A stretch of 64,000 nucleotides of DNA from an uncultured Pseudomonadota bacterium (lineage in GTDB: Bacteria; Vulcanimicrobiota; Vulcanimicrobiia; Eremiobacterales; Eremiobacteraceae). The position numbers and the translations under genes were made by a program. The notes beneath the pieces are model-generated. The model had not been told where the DNA came from and ran no database searches. It worked only from the letters and a program-made list of their open reading frames with translations. Positions 9,103-19,043 of the stretch are shown here, in pieces. Location: NCBI GenBank assembly GCA_963736005.1, contig CAVTNB010000003.1, positions 32,001 to 96,000 on the forward strand, given 5' to 3'. The first letter of the stretch is position 1; each line of letters starts with the position of its first letter.

Positions 9103-9423
9103 TTAGACTGTCGCGAGCGTTGGGATCTTATGGAAGGTTGAGTGAACAACGTCGTAGGTCTTGACCTGCGGCGTTCCCTCGAGAACGCTTGCCAGAATCT
9201 TCAACACTTCGGGATAGGTCGTGCTGTTATAGGTTTCGGCATACTCTTTCTTGTCCCAAAAAGAGATGGTGCGAATCTCGGTTCCGCTCGGGTTCACGAA
9301 GGTGACTTCATCTTTGAAGCCGTTTTGCTTGCGAAGCATGGGGATGACTTGCTTTTCAAACATTTCCGTGAAGTCATTGAGGCGATTGGGTTTCAGGTTT
9401 GATTTTACGATGCGTGCGTACAA
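9103..9423 (-). CDS. Antibiotic biosynthesis monooxygenase (ABM)-like dimeric alpha/beta barrel protein
   Basis: AAGGAG RBS, TTG at 9423: MYARIVKSNLKP...IPMLRKQNGF...ISFWDKKEYAETY. Confidence 0.75.
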   Translation of the reverse strand: MYARIVKSNLKPNRLNDFTEMFEKQVIPMLRKQNGFKDEVTFVNPSGTEIRTISFWDKKEYAETYNSTTYPEVLKILASVLEGTPQVKTYDVVHSTFHKIPTLATV

Positions 9424-9714
9424 GAAGTAACTCCTTAGAGTTAGCTTGGTCAACAGTCGAAAGCGTAAGTGTTCAAAAGAAACTGCCCCGTGTGAGATAC
9501 GCCTGAAAGCGGCAGTAACAGGGGCAGTCGTATTTCAATGCCTAGAGTCGCTGTGCCAATAGTATACCATACATTGGGGTCAAGCGCCGGGATATATTCG
9601 TTGGCGCGCCTTGCGAGTTTTCTCGGCATGGTGCTTGTAATCTCGGACGCTCCCTGTAAAGGCACGCAGCCGCCCGTTAGGAACGATGCCTCTGGTTCTC
9701 GAAAGGTCGCATGG

Positions 9715-11466
9715 ATGAGGCCCCGAGCCCTGGGTGCAGCAGCTCTAACGATCGCGGCAGTTATGCTGCTGGCGGTTGAGATTTCTTCCTGGTCGCAGAG
9801 CGCCCGCTTCGGCCCTAGCATCGGTGCGGGTTCGCGTTGCACGCCCGAGATTATATCGGCCGACCCAAAGAGCGCGCCAGGCCTCCAAAGCGGCGACAAA
9901 ATCCTCTTGCCCCAGATGAACCTGCCTGCTCGCCTCGCCATCTCCTACCGGTCCTCGCCCGTACAAACTGGTCGCGCAGGGGAGACTATCGCGCTCAGAG
10001 TGGCTCGCGGCGATCGCAATTTTACGACAGCCTATCGCTTACAGCACGATGATTCACGCCTAACCTTTGGGGGGCAGCTCGGGTTCAAGCTTTTCCTCCT
10101 CGTGGTGGGCGTCTTCGTGCTGTGGCGAGGCCGCGATCGAGCATCGCTCTTGCTGGGGATCTGGTGTCTCGATATCGCCATCGCTCTGCCGGACGCCTGG
10201 TGGGGCGCGCTCTCACCGCAGGGACGGCTTGCGGGCGGCGTCGTAAGCGCCGGATTGTGGACGGCGGGGGCGCCCCTGTTGTACCTTGTGATCGAAGCCA
10301 TAACGCGAAATGTGTCGCGGCGCGTGATCGTACTCACGCGCTTTGCTGTCGTAGCCACAACGCTGCCGGCCTTCTTCGACAACACGATTAACGCGGCTGC
10401 TCAAACCGAGACCGGTTGTAAACTCCTTCCTTTGCCACTGTCGATTGTCAGCGCACTCTTCGTGACCACGCAACTGGTGATCTTAGGCTTCTTCATTCTC
10501 AGCTATTCGAGATCCGTGGGCGTGCAAAGACAGCGAGTTCGCTGGGTATTTTGGGCCTTTCTCATCAGTCGATTCGGGGTGCTCTTAAACCTCATGAATC
10601 GGCTGCCAATTGTGACGCACCCCATTCAACTCTCCGGCGTCGAATGGCTCACCGTCTTGATTTTCCCGCTTGGCTGTGCCTACGCGATCTTGCGCCATCG
10701 CATTATCGACGTCAACTTTGTGCTCAATCGGACGCTCGTGTACACGATCCTGACCACGATCGCCGTCGGCATCTTTGTCCTGCTCGAGAATTTGCTGACC
10801 AAAGTCGCTGCGGGCAGAGGGATAAGTCTGGCTGTCGAGCTGTGCGTGGCGCTTGGGCTTGGCTTTTCATTCAATGCGCTCCTCAAGAAAACAGAAAATG
10901 TGATCGAGCGGACGCTGTTCCGTCGCAAATACGAGGCGGCTCGCAGCTTGCAGCGTTTTTGTGAGGAAGCCGGCTTCATGGAGAATGCCGATGCGCTTCT
11001 GGCGCAAGCAACCAAGGAAATTCCCCGCGCGGTGGGAGCCAGTGGCGCTGCCTTCTACGAGCGCTTTGACGGGAGCTACCGGCTCATTGCCTCGAGCGGT
11101 GGCCAGCCGATGCCGGGTGAGGTCGGCGTTGACGACCCGGCATTCGTGCGGCTCCGCAAGCATCTTTCGCAGGTTGACCTGTCGGGGATCTCAAGCGCGC
11201 TAGGCGAACGCGGTGTTGCCTTCGCTTTGCCGGTACGAGGAAAACTCTTCGGTGCGCTTTTGTGCGGCGATCGCGTCGACGATGAAACCTATGCTCCCGA
11301 TGAGATCATGTTGCTGCGCAACGTTGCCCATGAGGTTGGTGCTGAGCTGCATGCCATCCGCGCACGGCAGCGTGCCGAACTCCTCGACGCCTTGATGACT
11401 GGCTCGATCGATCTTTCCACGGCTCGCGCGAGACTGGCGGATGCCGGTACGCCTGCCGTTGGATAA
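9715..11466 (+). CDS. Membrane sensor-like protein: PDZ-like extracellular segment, multiple TM helices and a C-terminal GAF domain
   Basis: GLQSGDKIL PDZ-like motif; many hydrophobic helices; FPLGCAYAILRHRIIDV..VLNRTLVY; GAF-like ALPVRGKLFGALLCG...YAPDEIMLL. Start uncertain (9538-9715). Confidence 0.75.
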   Translation: MRPRALGAAALTIAAVMLLAVEISSWSQSARFGPSIGAGSRCTPEIISADPKSAPGLQSGDKILLPQMNLPARLAISYRSSPVQTGRAGETIALRVARGDRNFTTAYRLQHDDSRLTFGGQLGFKLFLLVVGVFVLWRGRDRASLLLGIWCLDIAIALPDAWWGALSPQGRLAGGVVSAGLWTAGAPLLYLVIEAITRNVSRRVIVLTRFAVVATTLPAFFDNTINAAAQTETGCKLLPLPLSIVSALFVTTQLVILGFFILSYSRSVGVQRQRVRWVFWAFLISRFGVLLNLMNRLPIVTHPIQLSGVEWLTVLIFPLGCAYAILRHRIIDVNFVLNRTLVYTILTTIAVGIFVLLENLLTKVAAGRGISLAVELCVALGLGFSFNALLKKTENVIERTLFRRKYEAARSLQRFCEEAGFMENADALLAQATKEIPRAVGASGAAFYERFDGSYRLIASSGGQPMPGEVGVDDPAFVRLRKHLSQVDLSGISSALGERGVAFALPVRGKLFGALLCGDRVDDETYAPDEIMLLRNVAHEVGAELHAIRARQRAELLDALMTGSIDLSTARARLADAGTPAVG

Positions 11467-11473
11467 CGATAGC

Positions 11474-12292
11474 ATGAGCGATCTCAATCCGCAGGCCAAA
11501 CAAATGGCTGATGAATCGATGGTGCGCAATCTCGATGCACAGGCCCGAGCCATTTGGCCTCAAGAAGTGCCGTTCTTTCGCCGCTACGAGCTGCCGGCTG
11601 AAGCTCGCATCCTCGATGCCGGTTGCGGCACTGGAGAAATCTCATCACGTTTGGCCGAACTTTTTCCGCAGTCGCGGGTGCTGGGAGTCGACATCATCGA
11701 CGACCACTTGGATCTGGCGCGGTCGCGATATGCCGCGCTTGCTCCTCGTTTGAGCTTCGAGCATCAGAGCGTGTACGCTCTCACTGCTCGTGATGCGAGC
11801 TTTGACCTTACTGTTTGTCGCCACGTCCTTCACGCGATTCCCCACGCGGACACGGTGATTGCGGAGCTGGCGCGCGTGACGCGCCCGGGAGGCCACCTGC
11901 ACCTCATTCCAGAGGATTACGGGATGCTCCACTTTCAGCGGGGTGCGCTCGATCCACGAGACTTTTGGTATGATGCTCCGGTGAGTTTCGGCGCGGCAAC
12001 CGGAACCGATCTCTTTATCGGGCGCAACGCGTTTGGCATCCTCGCCGCGATGAAACTCGAGCACATCACGATCGACTACATCACGGTCGATACGCTACGC
12101 TCGCGAGAACTGTTCGCGACGATCCTCGCAGCCTGGCGCGACGGATATGTCGATTCAATCGGCGAGCACACTCGCTACCCGCGCGAGTCGGCGATGGCAT
12201 ACTTTAACCAAATGATTGAGAACGTGCGGGACCCAAAGGGCTACGCCGTGTGGATGGTACCCGTCGTGAGCGCGCGGATCCCACGTCAATAA
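11474..12292 (+). CDS. Class I SAM-dependent methyltransferase
   Basis: ILDAGCGTG motif I, FDLTVCRHVL, ELARVTRPGG. Confidence 0.88.
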   Translation: MSDLNPQAKQMADESMVRNLDAQARAIWPQEVPFFRRYELPAEARILDAGCGTGEISSRLAELFPQSRVLGVDIIDDHLDLARSRYAALAPRLSFEHQSVYALTARDASFDLTVCRHVLHAIPHADTVIAELARVTRPGGHLHLIPEDYGMLHFQRGALDPRDFWYDAPVSFGAATGTDLFIGRNAFGILAAMKLEHITIDYITVDTLRSRELFATILAAWRDGYVDSIGEHTRYPRESAMAYFNQMIENVRDPKGYAVWMVPVVSARIPRQ

Positions 12293-12297
12293 AGCAA

Positions 12298-12330
12298 GTG
12301 GCCGGACACGTTGCCCGGCCACCGTCCTAC
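12298..12330. repeat. GTAG-tagged palindrome (REP-like singleton) or bidirectional terminator between convergent genes
   Basis: GTGGCCGG...CCGGCCAC stem followed by CGTC-CTAC (GTAG on the minus strand). Confidence 0.5.
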
Positions 12331-12357
12331 GTGCCGCTAGTGAAAGACTCGGACCCG

Positions 12358-12906
12358 CTAGTGCTTGGGAATATTGCCGCAGGCTACGTACTTGCCGATA
12401 TTGGCTGTGGACTCATGAACGTTCACGGCAAGGGTGCCTGTCGTGAGCTGGCTGAGCGGCGCAGCCACAACGGTGACCGACTTGCCGAGCACGACGTTGG
12501 AGAGCGGGTATTTTACTGCGCCGACGTTCGGACACGGGCCCACATGTACGTGTGCCGGTTGCTTGCCTGTCGCGCTCTCACCGGTAAGCGAGATGGTGAC
12601 GGTCGTTTTGTTGCCAGCGCCAACGAGCGTAACTTTCCCAGACTCCTTCGAGCCATTTTCCTCACTCAATGTGGCAGTCACTGTGTGCGATCCCATCATC
12701 GCGGTCATTCCGGACATAGCGCCTGCTCCTGCATTTTTTGCAGCGTGCATGGCTCCGCTCGCTGCACTTGCTGCCGCGTTCATCGCTCCCCCAACAGCGG
12801 AGGCGACCGGCCCTGGTGTATTGCTCGAGCTTGAGTTTTGCGAGTTACCCGAGCACGCCGCCAGGCCAAGTGCCAAAGCTGCAATAAGAATAAGAGTGTT
12901 CTTCAT
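12358..12906 (-). CDS. Lipoprotein with a CHRD-like domain
   Basis: Lipobox LAAC, Ala/Met-rich linker, QPAHVHVGPC, LAVNVHES and YVACGNI motifs. Confidence 0.75.
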   Translation of the reverse strand: MKNTLILIAALALGLAACSGNSQNSSSSNTPGPVASAVGGAMNAAASAASGAMHAAKNAGAGAMSGMTAMMGSHTVTATLSEENGSKESGKVTLVGAGNKTTVTISLTGESATGKQPAHVHVGPCPNVGAVKYPLSNVVLGKSVTVVAAPLSQLTTGTLAVNVHESTANIGKYVACGNIPKH

Positions 12907-12927
12907 AAGTATTGTCCTTTCGTAGTG

Positions 12928-13728
12928 TTACTCTTGGGCCCGCTGCCAATGAGGTTTGCGCTTTTCCAAAAAGGCGGTAATGCCCTCGTGGGCGTCTATC
13001 GACTTCGCATTAAGAGACATGACTTCTTTGGTATACTCGTAGGCCTCGTGCTGTGTCATTTCGATTTGCTTATAGAAGGCCTGCTTGCCAACGCCAACCG
13101 TATAAGGGCTGAGAGCGGAAATTTTTTCAGCCAGTTCGCGTACGGCCAATTCCAGTTGATCTGCCGGCACGACCTTGTTCACGAGCCCCGCAGCCAACGC
13201 GTCACGCGCCGGCATGGGTTCGCCCGTGAGCAGCATTTCCATCATTTTCTTGCGACCGATTGTCCGGCTCACCGCGACCATCGGCGTCGAGCAGAACAAA
13301 CCGATCTTCACTCCGGGGGTGGCGAACCAGGCGCTGTCGGCTGTTACGGCAAGATCGCATGTTGCGACGAGCTGGCAGCCAGCTGCCGTCGCCGGACCCT
13401 GCACTGCGGCAATAACCGGTTGCGGGATAGCCTGAATCTTCTCCATCATTTTGACGCACACGTCAAAAAGTTTGCGGTAGGTTTCTAAGTCGCGATCGAC
13501 CATCTCACTTAAGTCATGACCCGCAGAAAAAACAGGACCCTTGGCTTTGAGAATGCCAACTTGGATCGCAGAGTTTTCTCCGATGCCGTGGAACGCCGCG
13601 TGAAGCTCTTCCATCGTCTCAAGTGAAAGCGCGTTGCGTTTTTCTGGGCGGTTGAGCGTCACATACGCAAAGGCACCATCGAGTTCGACAAGCACGTTCG
13701 CAGTTGGTTTGGTCATCATTGTGGCCAT
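12928..13728 (-). CDS. Enoyl-CoA hydratase/isomerase (crotonase) family
   Basis: LNRPEKRNALS, FSAGHDL, ATAAGCQLVATCDL, EGITAFLEKRKP. Confidence 0.92.
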   Translation of the reverse strand: MATMMTKPTANVLVELDGAFAYVTLNRPEKRNALSLETMEELHAAFHGIGENSAIQVGILKAKGPVFSAGHDLSEMVDRDLETYRKLFDVCVKMMEKIQAIPQPVIAAVQGPATAAGCQLVATCDLAVTADSAWFATPGVKIGLFCSTPMVAVSRTIGRKKMMEMLLTGEPMPARDALAAGLVNKVVPADQLELAVRELAEKISALSPYTVGVGKQAFYKQIEMTQHEAYEYTKEVMSLNAKSIDAHEGITAFLEKRKPHWQRAQE

Positions 13729-13745
13729 GGTAGTCCTATTCGCCG

Positions 13746-13811
13746 AGCGGACCTAAAGGTCCGCTGCTACGTGGGCGACTTTACAGTCGCCCGCTACACG
13801 ACCGCCGCTAC
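13746..13811 (-). repeat. Composite REP cluster (family A + family B' + half unit)
   Basis: Minus strand: GTAGCGGCGGTC-GT-GTAGCGGGCGACTGTAAAGTCGCCC-AC-GTAGCAGCGGACCTTTAGGTCCGCT. Confidence 0.85.
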
Positions 13812-13812
13812 G

Positions 13813-14436
13813 TTAGAGCGTTTCGCGCGCCACCGCTGCGGCCACGACAACGAGGAACGCGCCGCCAACGCGTTGCGCCCACAGCTGTGATGGAGCGTTG
13901 ACACCACGCTTTGCGATGCGGTCGGCACAGGCCACATAGAAGGAGAGGACCCCAAACTCAACCGCAAGGCCAGCGAACCCCAAAATGGCGATCTGAACTA
14001 GCACGTTACCGTGCGGATCGATGAATTGAGGCAATATCGCGGTGAAGAAAATCAATGCCTTGGGGTTCGACAACTGCACGATTGTGCCATGAATCCATCC
14101 TCGCCTCACGGCGTCTGCGGGGGGCTCCGGAATCGAATGAGCAACATCAGACGCGCGCGCGATGAGAGCGCGGATTCCAAGATACGCGAGATACGCAGCG
14201 CCACACCATTTGATCGTCATGAACGCGGGGCGAGAGGCTATGATGAGCGATGCCACCCCCAGTCCCGAAATGATGAAATAGAGCGTGTTCCCCGTGAGAA
14301 TCCCGAGCGCCGTCGCATAACCCGCGTGCTTGCGCCGGCTTAATGCCGCTCCAACAACGGAGAGTACCGCAGGGCCAGGGATGAAGCAGAGCGCGATTTC
14401 AAGCGCGATGAAAGCGCCGAGTGTGGTTAGATGCAT
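13813..14436 (-). CDS. LysE/RhtB family translocator
   Basis: PGPA motif, GAAYLAYLG, QLSNPKALIFF...LPQF. Confidence 0.9.
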   Translation of the reverse strand: MHLTTLGAFIALEIALCFIPGPAVLSVVGAALSRRKHAGYATALGILTGNTLYFIISGLGVASLIIASRPAFMTIKWCGAAYLAYLGIRALIARASDVAHSIPEPPADAVRRGWIHGTIVQLSNPKALIFFTAILPQFIDPHGNVLVQIAILGFAGLAVEFGVLSFYVACADRIAKRGVNAPSQLWAQRVGGAFLVVVAAAVARETL

Positions 14437-14492
14437 TCTTCAATTGTTGGCGTAGGAGCGGCCTGTTCATTTATGCACATGGCCAGCGCGAC

Positions 14493-14560
14493 GGGGCGAT
14501 TTGCCAATCGCCCCCTACAATTCCGTGCGTGATGGGGTGATTTGCCAATCGCTCCCCACA
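14493..14560 (-). repeat. Tandem REP family B copies (one intact, one degenerate inside the CDS)
   Basis: ggggcgatttgccaatcgccccctaca (14493-14519) and ggggtgatttgccaatcgctccccaca (14534-14560). Confidence 0.8.
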
Positions 14561-15231
14561 TGGTCTTGCACGATGAGTCCGTCACGAAGCCTGATGATTC
14601 GCTTGGCGTGACGGGCGACATCGTCATCGTGCGTCACAATGATGATTGTATGGCCTTCTTCATTGAGGCTCTCGAAGAGCCCCATAATCCCTTCGGCCGT
14701 CACGGAGTCGAGATTGCCCGTTGGTTCGTCGGCAACGACGATGGCGGGTTCGTTAATCAATGCGCGCGCGATTGCGACGCGTTGCTGTTCCCCACCCGAG
14801 AGTTCGTTCGGGCGATGTTGCGCACGATCTTTGAGGCCGACCTTCTCGAGTACCCCGAGGGCTTTAGCTTCACGATCCCTGTCGCCGAGATAAAACAAGG
14901 GAAGCGCCACGTTGCGCACGGCACTCGTACGGGCCAGCAAATTGAACCCCTGAAACACAAACCCGAGCTTTTTTAAGCGAATCGCGGCCAGCTGTTGATC
15001 CGATTGCGCTGCGACGTCGACGCCATCAAGGTGATATGTTCCAGTCGTCGGTTTGTCGAGGCAACCGATCAGGTTCATCAGCGTCGATTTGCCCGAGCCG
15101 GACGGACCCATGACCGCGACGTACTCACCAGGTTCCACCACGAACGAGACTCCACGCAGTGCGGGCACCTTGATGTCGCCAATCTCGTAGATCTTGGTCA
15201 CTTGCTCCATATCGACGACCGGTTTACTCAT
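14515..15231 (-). CDS. ABC transporter ATP-binding protein (MacB/LolD type)
   Basis: [37 protein letters not shown]. Confidence 0.95.
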   Translation of the reverse strand: MSKPVVDMEQVTKIYEIGDIKVPALRGVSFVVEPGEYVAVMGPSGSGKSTLMNLIGCLDKPTTGTYHLDGVDVAAQSDQQLAAIRLKKLGFVFQGFNLLARTSAVRNVALPLFYLGDRDREAKALGVLEKVGLKDRAQHRPNELSGGEQQRVAIARALINEPAIVVADEPTGNLDSVTAEGIMGLFESLNEEGHTIIIVTHDDDVARHAKRIIRLRDGLIVQDHVGSDWQITPSRTEL

Positions 15232-16438
15232 AGCGCAGCGCGTCGATCGGATTGAGGTACGACGCTCGCACCGCCGGATAGGTGCCGAAGAGTATGCCGA
15301 CCCCTACCGAAAAGGCGATGGCGACCAGGATGATCGGTCCCCAGGCGAACGACACAAGCGCGGGGGTGAGCAGTCTGATCCACGTGTGAATCACGATCTC
15401 TGCAAGCGCGACACCGCTGAGCAAACCAATGAACCCGCCGATGACGCACAGCAAGAGTGCTTCGATAAAGAATTGGAGCACGATGTCGCCCCGCGTCGCG
15501 CCGATGGCTTTGCGAATGCCGATCTCGCGCGTTCGTTCTGTCACGGAAACCAGCATAATGTTCATGATGCCGACGCCGCCTACGACGAGCGAAATGCTGG
15601 CAACGACGCCGATGACGGCCGTGAGCACGCTGAAGACCTTTGTGATGGCATCGCTCAACTGCTTGATATCGCGTTCCTCGTATTGCGCACGCCCGCCGTG
15701 GAGTTTCTTGAGCGCAGCAATTGCTTCGTTACTGACGCCCGGCAAGCTCACGGTATCCTGGGCAACGATCGTCAAACCAAAGATATTTGTGTAGCCGAGC
15801 TCCGGAATAAGCGTGTACGGTACGATGATCGTCGAGAGCCCGGCCGCGCTGCCACCCAACAACCCAGCGTTGATCGGGGGAGCTTGCACGCCGATGATGG
15901 CGAAGTCACTGCCGTTGAGCCTCACGTGCTGCCCGAGTGCCGAACCGGCCACTTCAGGAAGCAGCTCCTTGCGCGCTCGATCAGACAGGATCGCAACCTT
16001 GCGGTGCGCGGCGAGGTCGTGTTCGTCAAAAAGGCGTCCTTCCGAGAGCGGCGTGGTATCCACCCCTTGGCCCACCCCGGCTGTTACCACCCGGACTGTC
16101 TTGTCCTGATGATTGGCGCGCGTCTCCATGCTGATCGAAAGGATGGGCAGAACGTCCTTGGCATCTGGCACCATTGTGCGCACGCGCAATGCATCGTCGT
16201 AGCGGATGACCGCAAGCTGCGGGTCGGGCTGATCTTCCTTGGGGAATATAAACGCCGACGCCAGCGAGTACGGCGAGAGGATATTCAGCACGGATTTTGT
16301 GGTCGCGTCGCCGACTGCCAGAATCGCGATCACCGACCCCACGCCGATGATGAGCCCCAGCATAGTGAGCAGCGAGCGCAGAGGGTTGTGCCAAATGACG
16401 TCGAGCGCTTGAGCAAGGAACTCTGCGAGTTTATTCAT
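15224..16438 (-). CDS. ABC transporter permease (MacB/FtsX type)
   Basis: [51 protein letters not shown]. Confidence 0.93.
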   Translation of the reverse strand: MNKLAEFLAQALDVIWHNPLRSLLTMLGLIIGVGSVIAILAVGDATTKSVLNILSPYSLASAFIFPKEDQPDPQLAVIRYDDALRVRTMVPDAKDVLPILSISMETRANHQDKTVRVVTAGVGQGVDTTPLSEGRLFDEHDLAAHRKVAILSDRARKELLPEVAGSALGQHVRLNGSDFAIIGVQAPPINAGLLGGSAAGLSTIIVPYTLIPELGYTNIFGLTIVAQDTVSLPGVSNEAIAALKKLHGGRAQYEERDIKQLSDAITKVFSVLTAVIGVVASISLVVGGVGIMNIMLVSVTERTREIGIRKAIGATRGDIVLQFFIEALLLCVIGGFIGLLSGVALAEIVIHTWIRLLTPALVSFAWGPIILVAIAFSVGVGILFGTYPAVRASYLNPIDALRYE

Positions 16439-17633
16439 GCCGCAAGCAATCAATAGGCGAGAGGGAGGCGGCGCGCGTGGCGGGATAGGTGCCGAAAAAA
16501 ATGCCGACGAGCACGGAAAAGCTTACCGAAGTAATCAGGATCGAAAACCAGTTGATTGGCACTGCCTGGCTCGAGAGTTTATTAATTACAAGAACGTTCG
16601 TGAGCAGAGCGGTGCCGACCCCGATGACGGTCCCAATGGCACCCCCGATGAGCGTGATGGCTACTGCCTCAGCTAAGAATTGCCACACGATGTCACGACG
16701 CGACGCTCCTATAGCCTTTCGTATGCCGATCTCTCGCGTCCGTTCGACAACCGAGACAAGCATGATATTCATGACGCCGATCCCGCCAACGATAAGCGCA
16801 ATGAATCCGATGGCGGATATCCCGATAGCGACGGCTTCGATCACCGTTTGAAACTGGTTGACCTGTTCGGTAAAATCTTGCGCTTCGAAGGCAGCGTGTG
16901 GTCCATGGATGTGTTTGAGAATGCCTTGGACCTCGTCAATCACCGCGGCGGTACTCGCGTCTGGCTTCGCCCATACTTGGAGATAGACGATTTGCGAGCC
17001 GGGTAAGCGATGGTACGTGGTATATGGGATGTTGATAAGATCGTCGCTTCCTCCGCCGATGCCGCCGAGTAAGCCGAGACTGATCGGTGCATACACCCCA
17101 ACGACGAGAAAGCGACGGTCGTAGATGCGCACGTATTTCCCGACTGCGGGACCATCGCCCAAGAGTTTTTGTTTCGTGGGCATGACGAGGTTGGCAACAG
17201 CTCGTGCGCCCTGGACATCATCTGCGTTGAAACGCCGGCCTTCGGCCATGGGGAGTTTGTCTGGGATGAAGTCTGTGTCGGAGGAAACTTCAAAGGTGTC
17301 GTTCGCGTGTCCTGACCGTATGGTGATGTACGAGTCGTACACCGGTGCGACTGACAGACATCGCGAGCAGCCGTCGCGGATTGCGGCAAAATCTCGCCAT
17401 TCGAGTTGAACGGTTTCCATTCTTCGAGTCCCGCCACCGGGACTGATGATGATGCCTTGGTTACCGAACTGAGCCAGGCTGAGTCGAATAGACGATGATG
17501 CGCTCTGACCGAGCGCAAAAATCGAAATCACAGCGGCCGTCCCAATGACGATGCCGATCATGGTGAGAATCGAGCGCGCGCGATTTGCCCAGAGTGTTTC
17601 GAATGCCGAGCCGAAGAATTCCCAGAATTTCAC
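16431..17633 (-). CDS. ABC transporter permease (MacB/FtsX type), second paralog
   Basis: RSILTMIGIVIG, MNIMLVSVVERTREIGIRKAIGA, LSPIDCLRHE. Confidence 0.93.
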   Translation of the reverse strand: MKFWEFFGSAFETLWANRARSILTMIGIVIGTAAVISIFALGQSASSSIRLSLAQFGNQGIIISPGGGTRRMETVQLEWRDFAAIRDGCSRCLSVAPVYDSYITIRSGHANDTFEVSSDTDFIPDKLPMAEGRRFNADDVQGARAVANLVMPTKQKLLGDGPAVGKYVRIYDRRFLVVGVYAPISLGLLGGIGGGSDDLINIPYTTYHRLPGSQIVYLQVWAKPDASTAAVIDEVQGILKHIHGPHAAFEAQDFTEQVNQFQTVIEAVAIGISAIGFIALIVGGIGVMNIMLVSVVERTREIGIRKAIGASRRDIVWQFLAEAVAITLIGGAIGTVIGVGTALLTNVLVINKLSSQAVPINWFSILITSVSFSVLVGIFFGTYPATRAASLSPIDCLRHE

Positions 17634-19043
17634 GATGAAGGCGAAGCGCTGGGTGATGGTTGGATCTTGACCGCGGCGCCATCTTTGAGATCCTTGACGT
17701 TCGTCGTCGCAACCACGTCTCCAGCCTTGAGCCCCTTGGTGATGACCACGTCAGTGTCGCTGGCCAGCCCTTTGCTAACCTCCACTTTGGCGACACTTGT
17801 TCTTTTTGACGACGAACACGTAGTGTTTGTTGCCGTCATCCAGAACGGCAGCGAGTGGCACAACGAGCGCGTTCTTGGCGATGCCGGTGATAATGTCCAC
17901 GTCACACGACATTCCCGTGCGCAGGAACCCATACTCTCGATCGAGCGCAATGGTCGTCTCGACATTCTTGGCGCTGTTGCCCGCTTGGCTTACCTGGACG
18001 ACAACGACGCCAATATTGCTCACCGTGCCCGGCAGCGTCCGACCGGGAAAATCCTCGCCCGAGATCAGGGCGTGCTGGCCGAGCTTCACGTTGATGATGT
18101 CTTGTTCGTCAACCTGAGCCTTGACGACCATCGGCCCCGCACTGGCAATCGTGAAGAGCACTTGGCCTGGGGCAACGGCGTCGCCCTCGACCAGCGGATT
18201 GGTCGAGCCCGTTTCCGTGCCAAGTTGCTGGATCACGCCATCGAAAGGCGCGCGAACTTCGGTGTCCGTAAGATAGGACGAGTGAAGCGTAAGCGCTGCG
18301 TTTCCAGAGTCGAGCTGCGCCTGCGCGCTGGCAACCGAAATGCGGTCGGCTTGAATCTGAGTGCCCAGCTGGCCTCCGGTTTCGCGAAGCTGCTGTTTAA
18401 GCAAATCGTATTGCTGCTGCGCGGCCGCTTGGTTAGCGAGGGCTTCATTATAGGTAGCCCTATCTTTATCCAACTGTTGGCGCGCCAAACCGTTGATTTG
18501 GAAGAGCGCTTGGTCTGCATTATAAGCTTCTTTGGCTGTTTGCAAGTCGAGCCGAGCGGCCGCGAGCGTTTGTTCGGCCTGAACGAGCTGCGAGGCGCCA
18601 GAAAGTCCAATGGATGCGCCGCCGAGGCCGCCAGAGATTTGTCCTTCGCTCTTCGCGTTAATGTCGGCTTGGAGACGCGCTTGCGCTGCCGAGAGCGTAG
18701 CGCGGGCTTCTGCAACCGAGGCTTGGTCTGTGGCAACCGAGGCGGCGATCTGCCGATCGTCGAGTTTCATCAGCAAGTCACCGCTGCGCACGTGCTGACT
18801 CTCCCGCGCGGCGATCGAAACGATGTTGCTGCTCACCTCCGCTGCAATGGTCACCGTTTGCGGCCGCGACAAAACGCCATTTTCTGGCAGTTTGACCGTC
18901 AACGTGGTGGGCTTCACAAGCGCGGTGTTGACTTCGACAGCGTCAGGTCCGCGACGACCCAAGACTCCAACGCCGATGAGCAGCAGCACGCCAAGGGCAA
19001 CCAAACCGATGCGCCACCTTGGGTTACTCCAGATTTTTTTCAT
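17630..19043 (-). CDS. Efflux membrane fusion protein (MacA/HlyD type), +1 frameshift near 17795
   Basis: N-terminal TM, lipoyl halves (GDLLMKLD; VRAPFDGVI), coiled coil, LVVPLAAV. The C-terminal VAKVEVSKGLASDTDVVITKGLKAGDVV continues in the +1 frame. Confidence 0.85.

Noticed and set aside
1..14436. Accessory region as a genomic island, prophage or defence locus
   Set aside because: No integrase, transposase, tRNA, att repeats or recognisable defence or phage genes were found.
17795..17812. Programmed frameshift at AAAAAG in the MFP gene
   Set aside because: That motif promotes -1 shifts but a +1 correction is needed. The other broken genes share no slippery motif, so sequence error is more parsimonious.
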